NCBI GenBank assembly: GCA_015233405.1
Contig: JADFXT010000001.1
Span: 18,238 to 82,237, forward strand
DNA: 64,000 nucleotides
Reading direction: 5' to 3'
Source of the DNA: Candidatus Omnitrophota bacterium
Lineage (GTDB): Bacteria; Omnitrophota; Gorgyraeia; Zapsychrales; Zapsychraceae
Below the pieces are notes generated by a model. The model saw only the letters and a program-made list of their open reading frames with translations. It made no database searches and was not told the DNA's origin. Position numbers and translations under genes: made by a program. This document shows positions 9,362-17,900 of the stretch, piece after piece. Within the stretch, counting starts at the first letter, position 1. Each line of letters begins with the position of its first letter.

Positions 9362-12190
9362 ATGGATTATCAAAAAACATTAAATCTGCCTCAAACCGAT
9401 TTTTCGATGAAGGCCGGGCTCGTCGTCAAAGAGCCGTCCTATCTGAAAAAATGGGAGGACGAGGGGCTTTATGCCAAGATCCGCGCGAAATCGCAGGGGA
9501 AAAAAACATTTTTCCTCCACGACGGGCCGCCGTACGCTAACGGCAATATTCACATCGGCCACGCGTTAAATAAAATATTAAAAGATATTATCGTCAAGTC
9601 CCGCACCATGCAGGGCTTTGACGCGCTTTATATTCCCGGCTGGGATTGCCATGGGCTTCCTATCGAGCATCAGCTGTTTAAGGAAATGGGCAAGGACAAA
9701 GCCGAAGTCGATTGCGCGCAATTCCGCAAACAAGCTCATGACTACGCGATGAAATATGTCGGGATTCAGCGTGAGCAGTTTAAACGCTTGGGCGTTTTTG
9801 GCGAATGGGATAAACCATATCTGACGCTCGACACGGAATATGAATATTGGATCCTAAAATCTTTAAGTGAGCTCACTCAAAAAGGGTATGTCTATCGGGG
9901 TGTAAAACCGGTCAATTGGTGTTTTGATTGTGAAACGGCCTTGGCTGAGGCGGAGGTGGAATATGAAGACCACACTTCTCCGTCGGTGTATGTCAAATTT
10001 GAAGTGAACAATTCTGCAATTTTAGGCCTGCCCAAAAATAAAAAAGTTTTTCTTTTGGTCTGGACGACGACGCCGTGGACGCTGTTGGCCAACGTCGCGG
10101 TCGCGGCACACCCGGATTTTCATTATGTGGCGGTCGAAAAAAATGACGAGATTTTTATCCTCGAGGAAAATATTGCAATTAAACTTTTGTCGCAGACGTA
10201 CGAAGAGCATCTTCATAGTCTTATCAGCCCCGTCACAGGCAGTTATTTAACGTCGTTACGTTATACGCACCCTTTTGGGAAATTAAAGGATTGTCCCGTC
10301 GTGACGGCGGATTATGTAACCAAAGACGAAGGAACGGGCTTGGTCCATACCGCACCCGGCCACGGCCAGGAAGATTATCAGACAGGTGTGCGTTGTAAAC
10401 TTCCTGTTTTGATGCCCGTCAATGACCGCGGCGTTTTTACCGTTGAAGGAGCGCCTTTTGAAGGCAAACATGTCCTTAAGGCTAACGCAGAAATAATTCA
10501 GAATTTGAAAGACCGCGGGCTTTTGTTTGATACCAAAGAAATTGTCCATTCCTATCCGCATTGCTGGCGCTGTAAGAAACCCGTCATTTTCCGCGCGACC
10601 CAGCAATGGTTCTTAAAGGTCGATCATAAAAATTTACGCGGGCGCCTCGTCGACATTGTGAAAAGCAGCATTCAGTGGATTCCCGCTGCCGGCCAGGAAC
10701 GCATGCTGGGGATGATCAAAACCCGGCCGGATTGGTGCTTGTCCCGTCAACGATATTGGGGCGTGCCGATTCCTGCGCTTGAATGCAAAGGCTGCAATAA
10801 TAATCATAAACTTTTTATCGAAGTGATCGACCATTTTGCGGAAACCGTCCGTAAAAATGGGACCAATGTTTGGTTTGAGAAAGACCTTAAAGATCTTCTG
10901 CCGAAAGGGTTTAAGTGTCCTGACTGCGGTGGAAACCAATTTGAAAAGACCAAAGATATTCTCGACGTGTGGTTCGATTCCGGTGTGAGCCATCAGGCGG
11001 TTGTTAAAGGCCGGCTTAAGATGTCTCTGCCGGTCGACCTTTATCTGGAAGGCTCCGACCAGCATCGCGGCTGGTTCCAATCTTCGTTGATCCCCGGCGT
11101 TTGCATCGAAAATAAGGCGCCGTTTAAAGCGGTCTTAACGCACGGGTTTGTCGTGGACGGACAGGGACGTAAAATGTCGAAATCGTTGGGTAATGTCATT
11201 TCGCCTTTGGATATTATGAAAAATAGCGGCGCGGACATTCTGCGTTTGTGGGTCGCGTCCAGCTCCTATCATGATGACATCCGGATGTCTCCTGAAAATC
11301 TGGAACGTTTAAGCGATGCCTACCGCAAAATTCGTAATACGTTTCGGTTTATTTTAGGGAATTTAAACGGATTTAATCCTGATACGGATGTGGTTGATTA
11401 TCAAGACCTTTTGGCCCTGGACAAATGGGCGCTATGCCGTTTGTCGACGGTCATGAGCGAAATTTATAAGGACTATGCCGAGTATGAGTTCGCGAAACTC
11501 TATAAGGAGCTCTATACTTTTTGTAACGAAGACCTCTCCAGTTTTTATCTTGACATTTTAAAAGACAGGTTATATACTTCATCACCAATTTCCAGAGAGC
11601 GGAAATCTGCGCAAACAGTTCTTTTTCATATCCTCAATTATTTGGTCAGAGTTTTAGCGCCTTTGGTCACGTTCACGGCTGAAGAGCTTTTCTTTAATAT
11701 GCCGAAGAACAAAGAGTTGGCGCAGTGTTCCAGTGTTCATCTGCTGGAATGGCTTAAAGTTCCGGATGCCTGGAAAGAGGAAGCGGTCCTCGCGCAATTT
11801 GAACGGTTGGTTCATTTAAGGCCGCACATCTTAAAAGCGTTGGAAGATAAAAGACGCGATGGACAGATCGGCAGTTCTCTGGAGGCGAAAGTCATTCTGG
11901 AAAGTGCAAGTCAAAAAGATTTGGAGTATTTAAAAGGATTTGAACGCGCGCTAGCGTCAATATTTATTGTTTCTCAAGTCGAGCTTAAAAGCGTTGCTGA
12001 AGTTACCCAAGGGTTAAGCGAGGAATTTGCGAAAACCCAGGTGAAAATAGAGAAAGCTGACGGACAAAAGTGCCCGCGCTGTTGGAATTATAAAACAGAT
12101 ATCGGGCAGGATTTAGAACATCAAACCCTATGTGCCCGTTGTGTGGCCGCCGTAAAGGAGAGTTTTAATGCCTCAAAAGACAATGGATAA
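9362..12190 (+). CDS. ileS: Isoleucyl-tRNA synthetase (type 1)
   Basis: [35 protein letters not shown] and a C-terminal CPRC..CARC Zn finger. Confidence 0.98.
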   Translation: MDYQKTLNLPQTDFSMKAGLVVKEPSYLKKWEDEGLYAKIRAKSQGKKTFFLHDGPPYANGNIHIGHALNKILKDIIVKSRTMQGFDALYIPGWDCHGLPIEHQLFKEMGKDKAEVDCAQFRKQAHDYAMKYVGIQREQFKRLGVFGEWDKPYLTLDTEYEYWILKSLSELTQKGYVYRGVKPVNWCFDCETALAEAEVEYEDHTSPSVYVKFEVNNSAILGLPKNKKVFLLVWTTTPWTLLANVAVAAHPDFHYVAVEKNDEIFILEENIAIKLLSQTYEEHLHSLISPVTGSYLTSLRYTHPFGKLKDCPVVTADYVTKDEGTGLVHTAPGHGQEDYQTGVRCKLPVLMPVNDRGVFTVEGAPFEGKHVLKANAEIIQNLKDRGLLFDTKEIVHSYPHCWRCKKPVIFRATQQWFLKVDHKNLRGRLVDIVKSSIQWIPAAGQERMLGMIKTRPDWCLSRQRYWGVPIPALECKGCNNNHKLFIEVIDHFAETVRKNGTNVWFEKDLKDLLPKGFKCPDCGGNQFEKTKDILDVWFDSGVSHQAVVKGRLKMSLPVDLYLEGSDQHRGWFQSSLIPGVCIENKAPFKAVLTHGFVVDGQGRKMSKSLGNVISPLDIMKNSGADILRLWVASSSYHDDIRMSPENLERLSDAYRKIRNTFRFILGNLNGFNPDTDVVDYQDLLALDKWALCRLSTVMSEIYKDYAEYEFAKLYKELYTFCNEDLSSFYLDILKDRLYTSSPISRERKSAQTVLFHILNYLVRVLAPLVTFTAEELFFNMPKNKELAQCSSVHLLEWLKVPDAWKEEAVLAQFERLVHLRPHILKALEDKRRDGQIGSSLEAKVILESASQKDLEYLKGFERALASIFIVSQVELKSVAEVTQGLSEEFAKTQVKIEKADGQKCPRCWNYKTDIGQDLEHQTLCARCVAAVKESFNASKDNG

Positions 12191-12554
12191 GAAAAAATTA
12201 GAACATTATAAGAAACTTCTTTTGAAACTCAAAGAAAGTCTTATGCATGATGTTAAGAACATGGCTCATAATACAGATAATCAGGGAAATGAGTCTAGCG
12301 ATGTCTCCGGCCATGTAATGCATATGGCGGATGTGGCGACGGACATGTATGACAAGGAATTTAATTTAGGATTAGCTTCTCACGACAGGCAGCTTTTGCA
12401 AAAGATTGACGATGCGCTCTTGCGTATCGAAAGAGGCACGTATGGTTTTTGCTTAGGCAGCGGCAAACCCATTTCTCAAGCCCGTCTTGAAGCGATTCCT
12501 TATGTAGAATATTGCTTAGAATACCAGGAAGAACTTGAAAGAAAAAAGAAATAA
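12168..12554 (+). CDS. TraR/DksA family transcription factor (two-Cys variant)
   Basis: HMADVATD tip, [29 protein letters not shown]; AGGAG ribosome-binding site before 12168. Confidence 0.88.
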   Translation: MPQKTMDKKKLEHYKKLLLKLKESLMHDVKNMAHNTDNQGNESSDVSGHVMHMADVATDMYDKEFNLGLASHDRQLLQKIDDALLRIERGTYGFCLGSGKPISQARLEAIPYVEYCLEYQEELERKKK

Positions 12555-13030
12555 TGAGGGATCTCAAGCGATCTCAATTTGATATTGTTTTAGCTTTTCT
12601 TGTCACAGGCACAGTCGTTTTTCTGGATCAACTCACAAAAAGCCTGTTTTCCAAAATCCTTATCTTAGGGGAATCCCTTCCCGTTATTCAAAACATTTTT
12701 CATGTCACGCTCGTTCATAATACAGGCATTGCCTTTGGTTTTTTAAAAGAGCAGGGTTCTGTTTTTATTGTGATCCCAGCCATCGCCATTATCCTTTTGG
12801 TTTTTAATATTTTCTATTATAAACAAAATGATGAGGCTCTGAGTCGTCCTTATATTATCGGGTTTTCTCTGATCCTGGGTGGTGCGATCGGAAATTTGAT
12901 CGACCGTATCAGCGTCGGATATGTGATTGATTTTATTGATTTTCGCTTCTGGCCGGTGTTTAATGTCGCCGACAGCGCGATCACCATAGGGGCAGTTCTT
13001 ATCGCGGTGAAGTGCTTTAAAACTAAATAA
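12554..13030 (+). CDS. lspA: Lipoprotein signal peptidase II
   Basis: DQLTK, NTGIAFG, GAIGNLIDR, VIDFI and FNVADS motifs. Confidence 0.96.
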   Translation: MRDLKRSQFDIVLAFLVTGTVVFLDQLTKSLFSKILILGESLPVIQNIFHVTLVHNTGIAFGFLKEQGSVFIVIPAIAIILLVFNIFYYKQNDEALSRPYIIGFSLILGGAIGNLIDRISVGYVIDFIDFRFWPVFNVADSAITIGAVLIAVKCFKTK

Positions 13031-13050
13031 CAGAGTAACACTTCATTATT

Positions 13051-13161
13051 GTCATCCCCGAAATTTTTTGTCGGGGATCCACGATTTTAAAAAGCTGGAT
13101 TCCCGCTTTGGTTCGCCCTTCGCTTACCATCCCGCTTTTGGGCGGGATCGCCGGGAATGAC
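13051..13161. repeat. GTCAT...ATGAC palindromic element, copy 4, with extra nested hairpins
   Basis: GTCATCCCCGAAATTTTTTGTCGGGGATCC ... GGATTCCCG[..ATCCCGCTTTTGGGCGGGAT..]CGGGAATGAC. Confidence 0.88.
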
Positions 13162-13186
13162 AGCAAAAAAGGCGAAAGATTAAACG

Positions 13187-13924
13187 ATGTTTCCCACTAT
13201 TTGTAAAATCGGACCTTTAACTATTTATTCTTACGGACTGATGATCGCCGTAGCGGCCATTGTCTGCACGTGGCTTTTAAGCCGTGATGCGCGGCATCTC
13301 GGCATCTCATCGGACACCATTTCGGATTTGATGTTCTGGATCGTCGTCTTTGGCCTCATCGGGGCGCGGATGCTTTATGTTTTGCTTAATTTGGATTATT
13401 TTATGCCGAACCCGCTAGAGATGGTGATGATCCAAAATGGCGGACTTGCGTGGCAGGGCGGACTTATCATCGGAACAATCGCCGGGCTTTTATTCGTTAA
13501 GAAAAGAAAATTGAATTTGAAGACCATGCTTGATTTATGCGCGCCGTATGTGGCCTTAGGGGAATCCATTGGCCGTGTCGGCTGCCTTTTAAACGGTTGC
13601 TGTTATGGTAAAGAAGTCGGCTGGGGATTGTATTTTCCCATTCATCATGCCAGGCTTCATCCGACGCAGATTTACACGTCTTTAGGGTTATTGAGTATCT
13701 TTGTGATTCTTCGATGGTACCAAAAACAGTCTGAAAGCTCGACCACCGGCAGCGTTTTTGTTTTGTATCTTGTCCTGGCTTCAGCCTTACGTTATTTTGT
13801 CGAATTCTTCCGCGCCGACCATGTTGAGATCCTTTGGGGATTAAGTATCTTTCAACTTGTTTGTCTGCTTTTGCTCTTGACGGCGTGTTACATCTTACTG
13901 CGGTTCGTCAAACCGAAGAAATAG
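13187..13924 (+). CDS. lgt: Prolipoprotein diacylglyceryl transferase
   Basis: YGLM, GAR, GGLAWQGG, IGRVGCLLNGCCYG, HPTQIY and EFFR motifs. Confidence 0.94.
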   Translation: MFPTICKIGPLTIYSYGLMIAVAAIVCTWLLSRDARHLGISSDTISDLMFWIVVFGLIGARMLYVLLNLDYFMPNPLEMVMIQNGGLAWQGGLIIGTIAGLLFVKKRKLNLKTMLDLCAPYVALGESIGRVGCLLNGCCYGKEVGWGLYFPIHHARLHPTQIYTSLGLLSIFVILRWYQKQSESSTTGSVFVLYLVLASALRYFVEFFRADHVEILWGLSIFQLVCLLLLLTACYILLRFVKPKK

Positions 13925-13954
13925 AGCAACCAACTCTACTGGGGAGAGATTTCT

Positions 13955-14857
13955 GTGGCTCTTTATTCTTTTAAAATTAGTTCAGAAAATCAACACCAGC
14001 GACTTGACGTTTTCCTGACCCAGCATTTAACCGACATTCCTTCGCGCGCATTTGTCCAGAAGCTCATTGAGCATGGCCATGTCCGCGTCAACGAAACAAA
14101 AGTCAAGTCACATTACAAACTTCAAATAGGGGAAGACGTCCTCGTCGAAATCCCTCAGGATTTTATCACGCCGCAATATATCGCGCCGGAAGATATTGCG
14201 TTGGATATTTTTTATGAAGACGAATTTCTGTTGGTCATCAACAAGCCCATTGGCATGACGGTTCATCCGGCCCAGGGCTGTTATACGGGAACATTGGTCA
14301 ACGCGCTACTTCATTATTCCAATCAACTTTCGGACGTGAATGATAAAATGCGCCCCGGCATTGTGCATCGGTTAGACAAGGAAACCTCCGGTCTAATGCT
14401 CGTCGCGAAAGATAATATTACGCACACCAAGCTCGCCAAGCAATTCGCACGTCATGAAGTCAAGAAGCGTTACGTTGCTTTAGTCGAGGGGGAAATGCCT
14501 TTTGACGAGGGGAAAGTGGATGTTCCTATCGGCAAGCATCCGTTTCATCACGAGAAGAAAGCTGTATCATTCGCAGATTCTTCCAAAGAAGCCGTGACAT
14601 TTTATCACGTCCTTAAGCGTTTTAACGGCAAGACCTTGGTCGCTTTATATCCTAAGACCGGTCGCACGCATCAATTGCGTGTCCATATGAAACATCTCGG
14701 CCATCCTATTCTCGGCGATGACAAGTATGGAAATAAAAGTTCGTTCCCGCGCTTGGCCCTTCACGCCCAGTCCATCAGTTTTATCCATCCTCAAACGAAA
14801 AAGTATATCGAATTCAGTTTGATGATCCCTCCAGAATTTTCTGATAGTTCTAAATAA
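13955..14857 (+). CDS. rluD: RluA-family pseudouridine synthase with S4 domain (RluD-like)
   Basis: RLDVFL (S4), NKPIGM, HRLDKETSG, TGRTHQLRVH and LHA motifs. Confidence 0.9.
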   Translation: MALYSFKISSENQHQRLDVFLTQHLTDIPSRAFVQKLIEHGHVRVNETKVKSHYKLQIGEDVLVEIPQDFITPQYIAPEDIALDIFYEDEFLLVINKPIGMTVHPAQGCYTGTLVNALLHYSNQLSDVNDKMRPGIVHRLDKETSGLMLVAKDNITHTKLAKQFARHEVKKRYVALVEGEMPFDEGKVDVPIGKHPFHHEKKAVSFADSSKEAVTFYHVLKRFNGKTLVALYPKTGRTHQLRVHMKHLGHPILGDDKYGNKSSFPRLALHAQSISFIHPQTKKYIEFSLMIPPEFSDSSK

Positions 14858-14974
14858 TCCCACGCCAGAATATTTTAAAGAAAGCGGTTTCTCCTTAGAT
14901 GCTACCTGGCCTACTCTTTTCTATATAATGTTTTATACTTATATTAGAGTTATAAAAAGAGGGGGAGAACAAAA

Positions 14975-17900
14975 GTGTTGCAATTGTATAGAAATAAAAG
15001 AGTTATAAGATATCAAAAACCTTTCATTTGGGGATTGATTTTCTTTTTTTCGCTTTCCAATATTCCTTTTCCTCAAAAATCTTTCGCTCAAAATATTCCA
15101 GCGGCAGTTAATGTTTTGCCTGCAGCCGCGCAAGCGTTCCAGCCGGTTTTAATCAAGGGAATCAAAGCTTATAAAAATAATCCGCTAAAGTTCGATTTCA
15201 TTTTAGACAAAGGCGAAGCCTTGGGACAAAATGACCCCGCTCGTCCGACGGGAGAGCAAGGGTTACAATTAAAACAAGAAGCCAGCCGACTGATCAAATA
15301 TTTTTTGGCATCTTTGACCGTACCCGAGGAGGATTTGTGGGTGAACTTAAATCCTAAAGAACCGAATAGAATTGTTCCCGGAAAATTTGGCGAGACACAA
15401 ATGGGCCGTGATCTATTGGCGCAGGATTATTTGCTTAAGCAGATTACAAGCGCTTTAATGAATCCGGACGGCGAAACAGGGAAGAAGTTTTGGGAAAGAA
15501 TCTACAGGGAGGTTTATGCAAAGTACGGCTCGACGGACATCCCCGTCGATACGCTCAACAAGGTTTGGATCGTACCAGCAAAGGCCGTTGTGTATGAGAA
15601 TCCGGCGAAAGATGCGGCACAAGCGTCAGCCTTCGTCGTAGAGGCGCGGCTTAAGGTGATGCTGGAGGAAGAATACGAAGCGCTCAAACCGAGCGCGGAG
15701 TCCCGAGCTTCTGCCCCGTTGTCATCCCCGCAATCTTTAAGCGGGGATCCAGGGGTACATAACAAAGCAACTGCTATGGATTCCCGCCTTCGCGGGAATG
15801 ACAAAAAAGGAGATGGGAATGACATGAAGAATGGGCGTGACATGAAGAATGGGAGTGATATAAGTTCTTCAATCATTAAAGAAATCATCATCCCCGAGAT
15901 AGAGAAGGAAGTCAATACCAGCAAAAGTTTTTCGCCGCTGCGCCAGGTTTACAACAGTCTTATCCTTGCCACATGGTATAAGCGGAAACTCAAAGAGAGT
16001 ATTCTGGGGAAGGTTTATTTAAACAAGAACAAAACCATGGGCGTTGATATCGTCGACAAACAAGAAAAACTAAAGATCTATGAGAATTATTTGGCAGCGT
16101 TTAAGAAAGGCACGTGCAATCTCATCAAGGAAGAATATGACCCGGCGACAAAAGAGATTATTCCAAGAAAATATTTCACCGGCGGTGCGCGGATGGCTGT
16201 GGACAAGGCTATGGTGGTAACAAACAAACTGCCTAAGGGATTCATGAAAGCCTTGGGTGTATTATTTCTTTGTTCAAGTGGATTATTTGTTGAGGAAACT
16301 TTTGCGCAAGCGCCGGTAGATTCCCAGCAGGTATCCTTGGCCTCGCAAAAAGAGCATTGGATGAGCCTCGCGAAGACAAATTATGCCGAGGTTTTTCAGC
16401 ATTCTGGGGAATTTATTAATGAACCTTGGGCCATGGACGTTCTTAAGGCCGCAATTTTAGCCACGCCGAACGGCCCATTTTATACGGGTTCCACAGCTGC
16501 TATGGAAAACTTCGATTATTATTTAAAATATGAAAAAGGATGGGAATTCTTTAGATGGATGATGCAAAGATATCCTGAATACGGTTATAGTTATATGGGT
16601 CTGTTTAGAGATAAACCTTATGCTTTAAGAGTGTATGAGCTATTGGCAGAATTGGATCCCGTGGGTATGGTTGATAGGTTGACTTTAAGTGAATATTATG
16701 GCAGGCCTGTTGAAATTGAATCCCCTTACGAAATACCGGAAAACGTTTTGAAACAGATTTTAGCTGGAAGCTCTTCAGATCGGGTCAAGTTGGTCCTTGC
16801 GATCCTACGGCTTTCTATACCACGCGACGAAAAAAAATGGTTGGCACGATTGGCGCCGGATATTTCCAGTGGGAAGTTGACCTTAGAAGAGGCCCAAATC
16901 ATAGTCAAGGATGCGAAAAAATATTTTGAGCGGGCCGTTTCAGTTTATCAATCTCAACCGCCGGAAATAAAAGCGGCCACCTCATGGAGTTTTTTCTATG
17001 AGATAAAGGATTTTTATCTTGGAGAACATTTATCTCCTCTTTATAAGTCTGACAAGAAAAAATTTATGGAAGAAATTCAGGGTCTTGATGCGTACCGGAT
17101 TTATCTTATTTTGGAAAGCTTCAGAGGTAAAGCTTCTTCTAAATTGGAGTCTTTTGATGCGATATTCCCCGTCTTTCTGCAAAAAGTTAAGGCGGAAAAA
17201 TTCAGTATTTCTCAAGCCTCAAGCAGTGCGTATTCTTTGATGGAATTCTTTTCTGATATCAATAGGAACCATCAGGGAAGGAATTTGATGGAGAGTCTTT
17301 CTAAAGAAGAACGGTTGGCCGTTATTCAAAAGATGTCCGAAGCGTTGAATTCCAGGGAGCTTTTCTTTTATTCAATTGATAGAATGAAATACACAATAAC
17401 CATCATGAGTTTTATAGATGATAATTTAGACCTTTTTGACAAGAACGCTCAGGATTATTTAAAACAGGTCAGGGCCAAGCTTCATATTGTTATGGTCGAC
17501 TTGATCAAGAAAGACATCGATGCGCTTGCGGTAGTTGATCAAATAAGGGATCCCGAGTTGATTAATTTGGTCAGAGACATGGCTTTCCAGAAGGTGAAGG
17601 AGCCCCGTTTTAACTCGTCGTTTTTGCTAACCTTTGACCACTATATCAGTCAACCCTGGGGGCAACAGATTCTATTAGAAATCTTGACGAGCGATCCAGC
17701 GAGAGCTCTTAACAATATGGACTTATTAAAGAAAAAATACCCTATTGATTACAATAACCCGCTCATAATGACTTTTAATCAAATCGCGAGTTTGAAAATA
17801 AAACAGTCTGAAAAAGAAAGATTGGCATTGCTTCTTGATGAGCTGGTTAATAAGCGCTTGTCATTAGAAGAAGCGCAGGAATTAATCAAAGATGATTTCT

